Shown one piece after another: positions 47,238 through 60,185 of a stretch of 64,000 bases of DNA. The position numbers and the translations under genes are program-made. Under the pieces are notes generated by a model that had not been told where the DNA came from, ran no database searches, and was given only the letters and a program-made list of their open reading frames with translations. Origin of the DNA: Moniliella sp. 'wahieum' (taxonomy: Eukaryota); the NCBI GenBank assembly GCA_003971905.1, contig RSEE01000090.1, forward strand, positions 1-64,000. The letters are read 5' to 3'. Within the stretch, counting starts at the first letter, position 1. Every line of letters begins with the position of its first letter.

Positions 47238-48387
47238 TTTGGGATCGGGATTGGGATCGGGATCGTCCTGATGCTCTCTCTCTATCCCCTCTATCATCTC
47301 TGTTATCTCCCTCACCAATCATCTTCGCTACCCCTTCGGTTCCTTTGTGTCCCTATCCCTACCAGCATCACCCAGCAGCTCTGCGCCCCGCTCTGCGCCA
47401 CCTGCGTCTGCGCTTCCCGGACGTTCCCTTGTCCGGCCCCTACTACCCCGGCACGTCGTACCCTGCCACTATTTCCCTCTCTTTCCTCTCCTCTCTCTCG
47501 AGCTCAGGCGATTCGATCCGAGGCGATTCGATTTGATGGTTGGTCGCTTCAGCCTCTGCCTGTAACTTGTAACCCACAAAGAGGCAATAGGCAATAGGCA
47601 ATAGGCAATAGGCAATAGGGGGCGGGGCGATAGGTGATAGCCGATAGGCGATAGGTAATGCAACGAGAACGCGCTTGTGTGATTTATTCTACTCCTCCGC
47701 TGAGCTGTCTTTTCTTTTCTTCTTTTCTTTCTCTTGTTCTCTCTCTTTTTTTTCTCTCTCTTCTGACTGATCTGACTTGGGTTGGTTTCTCCGCTTGCGT
47801 ATCGCGCATACCGAGCGTAGCGAGCATATCGAACCGATCGAGCATATCGAGCAATTCCCTCCCCCTCCCCCCCCCCTTCCCGCCTACTCTTGATTACTTC
47901 CTGGCTTGATTGTTTCCCCGCCATTCCCACGCGTCTCTGCTGCACTGCTGTATTGCCTCCCCTTCCTCCGTCTCCCCTCTCCTAGGGAGGGCAGGATGGG
48001 AGGATGGCATGGGCGGGGGTTCTTCTCGTTTCTCGTTTCTCGTTCTCGTTTCTCGCTTCTCGGGGGCACAGCGTGGCTGGGCCTAGGGAAGAAGTTGATT
48101 GTTGATTGACTACGTCCTTTATTTCCTAGGTAGAGAAGTTGATTGAGGGGGAAATGAGGAAATGAGCAAAGGGCAAAAACAAAGGGCAGGAAATGCATGT
48201 GCAGGAAGTCAAGTGGAACGCGAATGGCAGGAACCGGAAGGGGAACATGGAGCTTGGAGCTTGAGCGTAAAGATACGGCGTAACGCGTAAGGGTCAATGG
48301 TCAAGGTGAAGGGTGAAGGGTGAAGGGTGAAGGATAAAGCTTAAAGCGTAAAGGTGAAGGCGAAAACGGCACGCGTTTGAGTTTTTT

Positions 48388-50311
48388 TTACTCGGGTCCA
48401 CGGTAGACATAGTACTTGCGAACGAGGTGGAAAGTGAGCAAGTTGAATCGCAGCAAACACGCAGTAGACCAACCCGCCTTTCCCGCCATCGAGGTACGAC
48501 AGCGCACGACGAAGGGGCAAAACGTCGAGGCAAGCGTAATGTTGCTGACCAATTGATGCTCAGCCACGGAACCAGCCAACGACGCCGCTTGCGGCGGTAC
48601 AAGTTCGGGCAAAATCAAAAATGGTACGGTCCCAGACCTACCGCGAACCCGTCACAAATACTAAGATCATCAGTGCCGCCAGCCAGCCAGCAGGGTCAGC
48701 TCCAAACTCAAGCCCAGCACTGATGTCGCGATCACAGAGACCATCGTCGAGAGTAGCAGCAGCCGTTTCCGTCCAACACTTCTCCGACACGAGCAGAATC
48801 GGCGGGAACCTGGTTCGAAGGGAAATACCACCCAAGAGAGCAAGGTGAGGCGGCGGGGGGGGAGGAGGTCAGGATTCGGGCACTCGGGATACACCCAGAA
48901 GTCGACCCTACTCAGCGTAGGTCGTTTGCACGGAAAGGAAGGGGACAGGGGGGGGGGGGGGGGAAGACGTACGTCATCAGCGCATTGACCACCGTGATGG
49001 TGACCGACAAGGTCCGAACAATCTCATCCTTGTTGGCATGATCGGCAAACAGGTGCGCTCAAGATGCCCGACGAGTAGTACAGAATCGCATTCAGCCCCG
49101 ACAATTGTTGGCCCACTTGGGTCACTACGATCATCCACATTCCCGGATGCAAGGCCGGGTCGGTAAACAGCGCTTTGACCGTGATGGGCCGGCGGGGCAT
49201 GGTCATCGGCAAGCGCGGCAGGCGTCGAAGACGGCGCGGACGGGCGGGCGGAAAGGCGGCTGACGTTCGTCGGTCGTGTCGGGGCCGAGGGGCTGGCTGC
49301 GGCGGCGGTGGCAGTAGCATGGCAGTGGCAGTGGCAGTGGCAGTAGCCGTGGTTCGCGGTGGGTGGACTGGTGGTGCCGGGGAAGCTTCCACAGCACCGA
49401 CCGAGACGGACGTAGGCTCGGCCACCCACAACAAGTCCCGAATGCGATCGGCTTGCGCCTTGGCCTGTGCGCCGCCGCTGGTTTCCGTCGACACGGGTCC
49501 ATCGACAGCCAGCACCACGCCCCAGATCAATTGGGCCAAGGACATGGCTGTACTCATCAGGGGGACCAACCGCCAGGCACTGCTCCTCTGCTCGCCTCCG
49601 CTGGGCTGGTCGCGTACGACGCCAGGGCAACGCCAATACTTTGGGCGACCACGATGCCCACCACGTTGCCCACTTGGTTCAGCACGCCGATCGAGCCCTT
49701 GATCGAGGGCGGGGAGATGTCGCTGTGGAAGGAAGCGAAAGGAAAGGGAGGGAAATCACAGAAAAGAAAAGAAATGCGGGTTAGGGCTAGGGCGCATGCG
49801 GGCATCTGAGCAGAGAGAGAGGTAGGGAAGCCAAGGCAGGCAAACCGTACTTGAGGTAGACGGGCACGGCGACCAAGGAAAAGCCCGAGCCGAGACCAGT
49901 GACCAGGCGCCGAGCCCGCCACGGCGCCCGACTGGGCCACGGCAATCAGCACGTTGCCCAGCTCATTGAGCGTGAGGGCAGCAAAGAGGGAGCCGCGCAA
50001 GCCGAGGCGGAGGGCGCGCTGGACCAGGGGCAGGGTGGCGGAGCCGACCAGGCCCGACGGTGAAGAGGGCGGTGACGAGGCCGAACTGGGTGTCGGTCAG
50101 GCCGAGGCAGTCGAGCGGGGGGGCTGAGGAGGAGGCAGGGAGGAGGCTGTGGGTAGCAGGTCAGTGCGCCCTGGAGGGCATTGAGCTCGGCAATGCCGTA
50201 GCCGTAGGAGAAGGAGCTGAGCGTGACAAAGAGCACGACGAGGTAGAAGAAGGGCCGTGGGCGGAGGAGGGTGGCCGCGGGCGCAGTGTCGGGGGGGGGT
50301 TGGTTGGTCAT
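48388..50311 (-). CDS. MFS sugar-porter family transporter (Vps73/YBR241C-like); at least two introns at about 49723-49850 and 48890-48973
   Basis: SSFSYGYGIAELN, ISPPSIKGSIGVLNQ, QQLSGLNAILYYS, GLGPVPF.ILPELVP and INW are sugar-porter signatures. Confidence 0.9.
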
Positions 50312-51050
50312 GGCGGGGGGGGGGGAAGGGGGTGGGGGGGAGGGGGGGGAGGGGATGGGATGGGGATGGGGATGGGATGCGATGGGGAGGGGATGGGGAT
50401 GGGGGAGGGGGATGCGGATGCGATGCGGATGGGGATGGGAGGCTATGTGCATTGCGGTCTTTATCGACTTGTGCGTGTGGGATGCGGCGCAGAGACGCGA
50501 GGGCGGCGGTGCAGGACACTGCCCCCCCGCGCGGGCAGGCGGCGGGTGGGCCAAGGGCGGCGTGTTTGGCCAGCGGCGAGCCCCGGCATGACGCGTGAGT
50601 GCATTCCCCACGCGCCACAGAGCGTCCACGCGCCCTGCTCGGCCATCACCGTCACCCTCCACACGATGCCCTCCACGCGCTTGGGCGTGCTCGGGAGTGG
50701 ATAGTGCTTGCTATGCTGATCCTGATATGATATTGATGATTGCCCGCGGACCATTCAGGCAGCGCCGCAGCCAGTTCGATGCGCGTTCCGCCCCCGCGCG
50801 GAACACCCGATGAGTCGCCGGCACCAATCACGCGACGGCGCCTGCGCGACGCACACTGGCGCCGTGCGGGCGCCGGCAGCGTGCTGGGGTTGGTGGTTTG
50901 TGGCTCTGCGGTTGCGCTTCGACGCGTTGGGACGCTTTGGGCCGACGCATTCCCCGCCGCATTCAGCCGCCGCCGCCTCCCGCCTCCCGCACCACCACCA
51001 CCCCCCCACCGCCCCCCCCGCCCCCACCGCCCCCACCGCCCCCACCACCC

Positions 51051-53286
51051 ATGGCCCGCTCTGCCACCGTCCCCGTCGGCGGCCCTGCCCGCCCCGGCGA
51101 GACCCGCGTCCACCGCGCCTTCCTCAGCCCCGACCACCTCGTCGAGCGCCCCGCCGACGCATCAACACCATGGCCGACCTCCTGCCCGCCGCCGCCAAAA
51201 GTGCGTCTCCTCTCGTCTCTCCTCCCCGCTTGCCTCGGACTCCTGACCCCCCCCCCCCCCCCCCCCCGCAGAGTTTGGCTCCAAGCATGCCGCCGGGTGG
51301 CGCGACGTGATCAAGTGCACAACGAAGCCAAGGAGGTCACCAAGACTGTCGGCGGCAAGGAGATCAAGGAGACCAAGAACTGGCAGTTCTACGAACTGTC
51401 CCACTACCACGTATGTTCTCCTCCCCTCCCCTTTCTTGTTTCTTTTCTTCTGACCCCGCCCCCCCCCCCCCCGCAGTACATCTCCTACACGGAAATGCTG
51501 GAGCAGGTCAAGATCATCTCCAACGGTCTCTTGGCCCTCGGCCTCAACAAGGACACCCACTTCAACATCTACTCCCAGACCTGGTATGTGTTGCTCGCTA
51601 TCTCACCGCTCTGATTTTCGAGTGGGTGGACTGACTTGCTGCTTGCTTTCCAACCTCCCACAGCCTCAACTGGCAGCTTGTCGCCCACGCCTGCTTCCGC
51701 CAGAGCATCGTCTTTTGCACGGCGTACGACCGCTGGGCGAAGATGGTCTGACCTTTTCCCTCGACGAACCCGAAGTGGTCGGCATGTTTACCAATGCCAA
51801 TCTGCTGTCCATGTTGGCCAAGGTGGTGGCCAACACGCCCCACCTCAAGTATGTCATTTACGATGGCAAGGACGAGGCCGGCAAGGCTGCCGCGCTCGAT
51901 GCCGTGCTGACCGAACGCGGCGGCAAAACCTTGACGCTCGACGAGCTCATTGAGCTGGGTAAGACGGTGGACCAGGAACCCACCTTGCCCTCACCCGATT
52001 CGTTGGCCTGCATCATGTACACCTCGGGCAGCACGGGCCAGCCCAAGGGTGTGTTGCTGTTGCACAGGAATGTCGTGTCATCGGTGGGTACGGTGACCTT
52101 GCTCCTCGGCCCGTACTTTGCTGCGGACGATACCTTGTTGGCCTACCTGCCCCTGGCGCACATTCTTGAATTTGTGGCGGAATGTTCGTTGATCCACCTG
52201 GGCTTGACGTTGGGCTATGGCCGGGTCAAGACGTTGACCAATGCCAGCGTGCGCAACTGCAAGGGCGATCTGCAAGAGTTCCGACCGACCTTGTTGGTGG
52301 GCGTGCCGACGGTGTTTGAGACGATCCGCAAGGGCATTTTGGCCAAGGTGAACCAAGGTGGTGCGCTGAAAAAGACAGTGTTCAACACGGCGCTCGCACT
52401 CAAATCGAGCGGTTTGCCCCTGGTTAAGAATGTGGCCGATTTGGTGTTTGGCCAAGTGCGGGCGCAGACGGGCGGCCGACTGCGCTTGTCCTTGTCGGGC
52501 GGCGCACCCATTTCGCATGCCACCCAATCCTTTATCGATACCACCCTGGTCCAGATCCTGCAGGGGTACGGTATGACCGAGTCGTCGGCCATGTGCGCCA
52601 TTTGCACCCCGGAGTTCAACTCCTTGTCGAGCGTCGGCGTCATCTCGCCTGCGATCGAAGTCAAGTTGGTGGATGTGCCTGAGGCTGGGTACAAGGCGAC
52701 CAACAACCCACCGCAGGGCGAGGTGTGGATCCGTGGTCCGGCCGTGTGTGCCGGGTACTATAAGCAGCCCGAGTTGACCAAGGAAACGATCAACGACGAG
52801 GGCTGGCTCATGACGGGCGACGTGGGCCAATTCAACAAGGACGGCACACTGTCGTTGATTGACCGTAAGAAGAATTTGGTCAAGTTGGCGGGCGGGGAGT
52901 ACATTGGTCTAGAAGCGTTGGAGAGCACGTACAAGAGCAACGTTTTGGTCGGTAACATTTGTGTTGTTGCCAACTCGGACGCTAACAAGGCAATGGGCGT
53001 CGTCTTCCCCAACGAAGCCAACTTGCGCGCCCGCATTGAAGCGGGTGACGTGCCTGGCGTCCAACCGGACTGGGACTTGCACAAGTTGTGCGACTCGAAA
53101 CCGGTTGCTCAATACGTCTTGGCTTCCCTCACTGCCACGGGTAAGGCCGCTCGCTTTGCCCCGCTCCAGTTGCTCCAAACTGTCTTGCTTGTCCCGGACG
53201 AACTGGACATGACTGCCGCTCAGAAAATCGAACGTAAGAAGGTCGAGGCCAAGTATAAGAAGGACATTGATCGCATTTACCCGTAA
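51051..53286 (+). CDS. FAA1: Long-chain fatty acyl-CoA synthetase (Faa1/Lcf1-like); introns 51201-51271, 51411-51476 and 51584-51663
   Basis: IMYTSGSTGQPKGV (AMP-binding), YLPLAHILE, QGYGMTE, GWLMTGDVG, IDRKKNLVK..GGEYI.LE.LE. Confidence 0.95.
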
Positions 53287-54848
53287 GCGTCTCCATGCCC
53301 GTTTCGGTAACGTGCACGTCAAGATGAAGGTGAAAGGGCGGGCTACGCTGCCCCCCCTTTCCCCCCCGCCTCCTCGGACCTCTCAGATCTCAATCCCTCA
53401 ACCCTCAATATTAAACCCCTCAATATTCACCCATCAACACTCAACCCTTTACCTCCCTTGCCTCCCCTTCCCCCTATGCGCAGCACCTTAGCTCCTCGCT
53501 TTCCGCGCTCTGGCCCTTTATGTTCTGTTTTTTTTTGTGGCCTGGTGGCCGTGGTGGTTCTGGTGGCCAGGCTCGGGCTCGGCCAATGGCCGTTCCATGT
53601 TCCATGACCGGCATGACCACTGGATTCACTTGGACGTTTCACGTCAGTCAAGCTAGTCATTAACTTCAAGCTTCATTAGCTTCACTAGCTTTCACTAGCT
53701 TCCCTAGTTTCACTACTGTTCACGTCACCGTTTCACTGTTCAAAGATTAATCTTTAAATGATCGATGATCTCTTTCTTTCTTTCTTTTTTTCTTTCGTTT
53801 TGGCTTCGTGTTTTCGTTGGTGGGAGATTGTGCGTGGGATTGGTTGTGCGTGGGTGGTGGCGTTTCTTGGTGCGGTTATCGATTACCGGCAACGCGTTGT
53901 TTAACGTTTAGCTGCGCTTCATCGACGATCGAGAATCGATCGATAAATCCTGTTGGTGCGCTCGATCCACGCACTCCTGTTGGTCAGTCGGTCGGTCGGG
54001 CTCAGGCTCGGTCGGGCTCAGGCTCGGTCGGGCTCGGTCGGGCTCAGGCTCGGTCGGGCTCGGTTGGGCTTGGCTTGCGACTGCAAAAGTTTTCCAGGAC
54101 ACGCGTCAGTTTGTCTCCTCCTGCCATGTCGCAATGTCACATCTCATATGCCTCGCATGCCACACCTCGCATGCTACATGTCACAATATATGTGTTTCCG
54201 TTCGCCTCGTTGTTCGGCCCCTGTTTCGCTTGCCTCTCGGTTTTGCTTTCGCTTTCGCTTTCGCTTTCGCTTTCGCTTTCCTCAGTCTCTTCCTCTCTGT
54301 TTCCCTGCACCGTTCCCCTTCTTTCCCCTTGCCTTGTAACCTGTAACATGGTAACCCTGCTGGATCCCTCGCCTTTCCCTCGCCGTTCCCTCGCCTTTCC
54401 TCCGTGGTGGTCCTCGACTCTCGACCATTGAGAGTACTTGCCGTTGACCACGCTACACTCCCCTCCCGTCCCCTCCTCATCTCTCCTCTCTACTCCACCC
54501 CCATATTAGTTCAGTTCAGTTCAGTTCAGTTCAGTTCAGTTCAGTTCAGTTCAGTTCAGTTGTTCAGTTCCCTTCCCTTCCCTTTTCACGTCACGTCCCC
54601 CCTGTTCTACTTGTCTTTTTTCTCTTTTCGCTTTTCGCTTTTCGCTTTGTTTCTCCTTTGTCTTTGTCCCTTTTCTCGTTTGACTTGGTTCACTTTGGTC
54701 TTTTCTTTCTCAGGGCGCTTTGGGTCTATGAACCGCCCCACCCTCTTCGTATCGGTTCCTCCTTCTCCTCCTTCTCCTTCTCTTTCTCCTTCGCTCCCTC
54801 ATCGCCCCATTCCACTGCTCTCGACCATTCGTGATCCGCCGGTCCGTC

Positions 54849-54900
54849 GAATCCGCGATCCTGAATCCGCGATCCTGAATCTGCGATCCTGAATCCGCGA
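54849..54900 (+). repeat. 14-bp tandem repeat GAATCCGCGATCCT
   Basis: About 3.7 copies with one substitution. Confidence 0.85.
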
Positions 54901-55092
54901 CCCGTTGAACCATTGAATTGAATCGACCCATTTCGAGCGCGGGGGCAGGAGGGGTATGGGTACCTAGTACCGAGTCGAGGAGCATCGCAGTGCGTACACC
55001 CGACCAGTCGGGCTGGCGTTATGATGTCCGTATGCATGGTGTGCATCGTGTGCATGGTGAGCATGGTGAGCATGGTGGGCATGTTGGTGAGC

Positions 55093-55239
55093 ATGGTGGG
55101 GATATACTGGCGTATGGTGGGGATATACTGGCGTATGGTGGGGATATACTGGCGTATGGTGGGGATATACTGGCGTATGGTGGGGATATACTGGCGTATG
55201 GTGGGGATATACTGGCGTATGGTGGGGATATACTGGCGT
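55093..55239 (+). repeat. 21-bp minisatellite ATGGTGGGGATATACTGGCGT x7
   Basis: Seven perfect copies with degenerate flanking copies and no spacers. Confidence 0.95.
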
Positions 55240-55416
55240 ATGGTGGGCATGCATGGTGGGAATATACTGGCGACAGTAGGTGCAAGAGAGAGCATCGATG
55301 CCTAGCATGCAGGATAGACATGGAACATGGACCGCAACCCACTCCAGATCCAACCGATCCCCCGACGCTGGCCGCCTGGCCCCCTATCCCCGCCGCCGCA
55401 TTTCTCCTTCGATGCA

Positions 55417-57416
55417 TTACAATCGACTTGCCCTTGGACCACCCATTTGCCCACTCGCACCATCCACCGCATCCGCCGCACCCCCGCCATCCACCGCATC
55501 CCCCGACCCACACATAAATCCTTCCTGCCACGCACGTTGGTCCGTCGAATTGCCACCGGCACAAACCCCGCCACCGTGGGCCTCACATAAATCCGATGCA
55601 CACTCGGCCCCGTGCTCGACGGCGCAGCATCGCGCCCGCATTCGGGATTGGCGTACGTCCCATCCGTCGATTCAGGAGCGGCGTACGTCCCACCTGTCCG
55701 CACCGCCCCAACGAGGGTGGAACGCGCAAGAGCGGCCTTGGGATCTTGCGCCGCAAGACCGTACCCATCGTCTTGCCCCAGTAACATCACCCCCATCACG
55801 GCAGGGGGGGCAGGGGGGGTAGGGGCACTGGTGCGGATACCATTGGCATCGGCATCGCTACCAGATATGGTGGTGGTGGTGGTGCTGGTGCTGCTGGTGG
55901 ATTGAACGAGGGGGACAAATGGGACGGGATGGATCGAGAGAGGAAGACCTCCTTTTCTCCCCTTGCTCCCCTTTCACCATTTAGTGCTTCTCCAACAGCA
56001 GCAGCAGAAGAAGAAGTAGTAGCAGCAGCGTCGTCTTGCCACTGCGCAAGCTCAGAAAGAATGTACAACTGAGGAGGGTAGAGCGTCTTGTGGCCTGCCA
56101 ACGCACCGGCTACCGTTTCCCCGCCCGACAGAGCTCTAGCGCCGTAAGTTCCGCCCCGTCCGGACGCGCGATGGGAATGCCCTTGGGCCAGGGGTTGGGT
56201 GAGGTGGTGCGCGCGGCACTGGGTGCGCCACTGGGTGAGGTACTGGGTGAGGAAGTGGGTGAGGGGGCGACGTAAGCGGGACCCGTACCGATGGGCCTAT
56301 CGAGGCAGAGCAAGTAAAACGATGTGTCGAATTTATGTTTGGGGGACGCTTGGCCCGCCAGGCCAATGGGCGCGCACCAGCGCATTACTGCGGCCAGCCG
56401 TCCAGCAGGGCTGTCACCAGCCGACTCGCGTACTTGGCGTTCAGCGGCGCAGAGTAAGACGTTGAACCAGGCGACGAAGAAGAAGGAGAAAGTGAAGTGG
56501 AAGGGGAAGTGGAAGTGGAAGTGGAAGTGGAAGTGGAAGTGGAAGTGGAAGAAGTAGTAGATGATGGCGGTGATGATGATGATGCAGCTACCACGGTCGC
56601 GGCATGGCGGAAAAGCAACGCGCCGAATGCTTCGGGGTTCGTGTGCACATGATCAATCAGCTCGTGCCACTCGGCCTCGCTGTAACCCCAATCTGACGGT
56701 AGCAGCGGAGAAAACAGGGGCGGGACCATCACTCCCGTTGGGTGCCCACCTAAGTGCCCCACTGGGTGCCCCGTTGGGTCTCCTCCTTCTCCTCCTTTTT
56801 CTCCTCTTACTTCTCCTCCTTCCTCGTGCGTTTCCCCCCGTGGGCGTCAAGCTGGTATCCACGACTGCCGTTGGAACCAGTAGCAAACCTGTCTCTTCCA
56901 ACGTCTCCCGCAGCGCCGCCACGCGTACCCCCAGCTCTTGCACTGCCACAGCATCCGCTCGGCTAGAGCTACAGTCCAACGATCCGCAGCCGGAGGGGCA
57001 AGGGGCGGAATGGTGCTCTGGATCTTGACGTTGACCTTGCTGTTGTTGTTGACCTTGCTGTTGATGGGGATGGATGTGGGGATGGGCTAGGTGAAGGAGA
57101 TGCTGAGCGGTGGCCAAATCGGCCGGGTCGACTTTACCACCAGGAAAGACGAGCGCGTTGCGGAACCTGCCGCGGGCAGAACGTTGCAGGAGCAGAAGGT
57201 TGTATTCGCTTATCGTCGTGCCCGACGCAGAGACAGTGGCCGAAGCAGAGGCAGAGTCTGATGCAGAGTCTGAGGCAGAGTCCGAGGCAGAGGCAGAGAC
57301 AGGGGGACGAGGACGATGGCCGAGGCGGCGCGGCGGTGACCCGGTGCGGCGGCCGGGACGAGAGGCGCGGGCGAGGCGGGCGAGGTGTGGGAGGTGTGGG
57401 AGGTGTGGGGTGACAT
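55417..57416 (-). CDS. NUDT19-like Nudix hydrolase (acyl-CoA diphosphatase type), probable PTS1 (-SRL*); frameshifted
   Basis: RRAASAIVL, LLLQRS....F.NALVFPGGKVDPAD...AALRETLEETGLLL (split Nudix box as in NUDT19), KFDTSFY, PDGAE, LYPPQLYIL, HRIYV. One terminal frame ends RASRL*. Confidence 0.85.
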
Positions 57417-58143
57417 GGCGGTACGGTGGTGTGCGGGCGAGGCGGGTTGGTGGGAGGAACGGTAGGCACCCGTCCGGCTGGGGCCGAGGGAGAAGCAAGC
57501 TGCGGCGCGTCGGGTGCTGCGGGCGACAGGGAGCCGCGGGAACATCATTCGTCGCTGCTCAGCCAGTCGCGATCAGCACCGTCAGTACTCAGTCCCGTCG
57601 CGCGTCCGCTCGAGCCACGCGGCAAGTGAACGGGAACGGGAATGGGAACGGGAACGGGAATGGGAACGGGAACGAGAATGGGAACGGGAACGGGAACGGG
57701 AACGGGAACGGTGCTCAGGTTGAGCGTCAGCGTCGCCCAAGCCAAGATGGAATCCCCCCCATAATAACCCCAACCCGGCTGCCGGACAGAACCAAGCCGT
57801 GGGCCGGGCGGTCTGTGCTTGGATCTCGGATCGTCTATCTAGCCATCACGATTCAATATTCAGTTGCCACATCCATGACGTGGATGACGTCCACGATGAT
57901 CGATGAGGCTCAGCAGGGTGATGCTGATGCATGATGCAGGTGATGTGCGCGCCTTGCCTCGCTCGCCCTGTGCCGATCACAACAAACATCAACATTCCCA
58001 CTGCGAATGCAATTTAACTTGTCCGTCCTCCATCCCCCATCCTCCATCCCCCATCCTCCATCCTCCATCCTCCATCCCCCATCTTCCATCCTCCATCCTC
58101 CATCCTCCATCCCCCATCCCCCTATCCCTCCATCCCCCATCCC

Positions 58144-59662
58144 ATGCCACCACCGCCCCCACGCGCCCAACAAACCCTCGAGGCAGCCGGATTCCTCTCG
58201 GCCCGCCCCGCCCCACCGCCGTCTTCCCAGCCGCCCCGCGGCAAGTGGAAACGCATTGCAAAGAGCGTCGCCATCCTCAGCAACCTCGACCGCGCCCAGC
58301 ACGAAGCCTACCACCGCCACTGCCAGCAGACCTCCTCTGCCTCAGCCCCAGCCCCAGCCTCATCCTCAGTCTCTGCCTCTGCATCTACCCGCAGACCAGA
58401 TCCGCCCGCCGAGTCGTTCCCCCACAGGCCAGGCGGCTCTTACCGCCTCCGCTGGCGCACCCCATGAACCTGCCCCCTTCCCGCGTTCTGCTGCTCAATG
58501 TGGCTCCGCGCACGCAACGATCCCATCCCATCGTGCCCATCGCCCACCCATCCTCCTCCATCTCTTCTTCTTCTTCTTCTGGTCCTTGTGGTCCTTGTGG
58601 TCCTTGTGGTTCTGATCCCGCTACGGCGCAGCATCGGACCAAACGCGCCGACTCGACCCCGACCCCGACCCATCAGCATCAGGTACATCCACTCGGCCTT
58701 GTTGCCCGCAGCACTGACCCCACCTACTGCAACCGGCTTCTCGCCCCGTGCGCGCACCCACCTCCGTAGACTCACCTCCGCACGGCTTTGGCCGCCGAGC
58801 ACAAGCCATCACGCATTCCGACATTGTCCACCGCTCCCAGCTCTACACTACCGCCAGTCGTGGGCACCAGGAAAGTTCGGGATGGGGTCGGGGGCCGAGG
58901 CTGTGCCGCCGCTTCGTCTGGATCGGCGTCTGCCTCGGCGTCTGGATCTGCGTCTGGATCTGCGTCTCGCACGTCTTGGATGCAAGCACGCTCGACCAAG
59001 TTGCGTGGCTCAGGCGGATCGTGCGGTACGTGTGCATCCGACTGGAGTTTGAGTGAGGTGGAGTTTGAGGGGAGCGGAGGGGGCTTGGGTTGGGTGCAAG
59101 TAAGGGACGAGAGAGAGGGGGGCACTGGGTGTGGACGGACGGACGGGATTTGTGGGGTTGGTGGGGTTGTGGGATTTGTGGATGCAGACATCAGATGTGT
59201 TCAAGGGCGTGCGCGCGTACATTACAGGCTACACTGCCAACACGACGCACCGGGAACTGGCGCGGTGCTGCACCTGCATGGCGGACAGATGGAGCTGCAC
59301 GCCAACAAGCACGTCACCCACACCGTGTCATCGATGGGCTTGGCAGGGAGCAAGATGCACGCGCTGCGCTCGGGCCGCGGACGAGGCGCACAGTGTGTGG
59401 GCCAGCTGGTACGGCCGGCGTGGGTGCTGGACTCGGCGGCGCGCGCTACCGCTTGCCCGAGGCGGACTATCCGGTGGAGGAGGGCGCGCTGAGGGGCGTG
59501 GGGTGGGGGAAGACCCCCGCAGGCACAAGGGACAGACGAGTGTCCTGGCCTGGTTGGCTGCCCCACCGCCCAGCCAAGCAAGCAGCGAGTGATTGGTCCA
59601 TCACACCCCACATCCCATCCCATCCCATACCATCACGTGATAGACAGCAATGTGGAGGATGA
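58144..59662 (+). CDS. Fungal BRCT-domain protein (Rev1-like BRCT); intron at about 59026-59187; end uncertain
   Basis: VFKGVRAYITGYT...ELARLL.LHGG...VTH....LAGSK...VRPAWVLDS...RLPEADY is a BRCT signature, preceded by a GHQ...R..KL motif. Confidence 0.75.
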
Positions 59663-60185
59663 GCTCATTGGCTTTGCTCATCGATCGCCCATGGATGACC
59701 ATCCAGTCGATAAGAGGTAGGGTTGGCCACCCCTGTTCGCCGTGGCTTGGTGGGAGGGGATCGAGCAGGGGAGGGGCGATGGTGGGATGGGATCATGGGG
59801 GTGATACGGAATGGGATGGGAGGGGAGGGGAGGAGAGAGGGGAGCGGAGGGAGCGGAGGGGAGCGGAGGGGAGCGGAGGGGAGCGGAGGGGAGCGGAGCG
59901 GATGGATGGAATGGAATGGGATGATGTAATGGGATAGGATGGATGGATGGATGGATGGATGACGATGATACGAAGGGTGCGTAGATATGGATTGCTGATT
60001 GGGGGACTGGATCGGCCGACACACAATACTTCTGCCCTCCAACCACCAGTGTGGCTACACTCGACAGGCCAGTCCTGGCTGGCTTTGCTTGCTGCGCTCC
60101 TCGTCTGCCCCCCCTGCCGCTGCCTCCGCCGGCGATGCCCCCGCGTGCGACGCTGTGAACGACGACCACCACCACCGCCGCCAGC

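Noticed and set aside
55093..55239. CRISPR-like array
   Set aside because: Units are head-to-tail with no unique spacers, and the context is eukaryotic.
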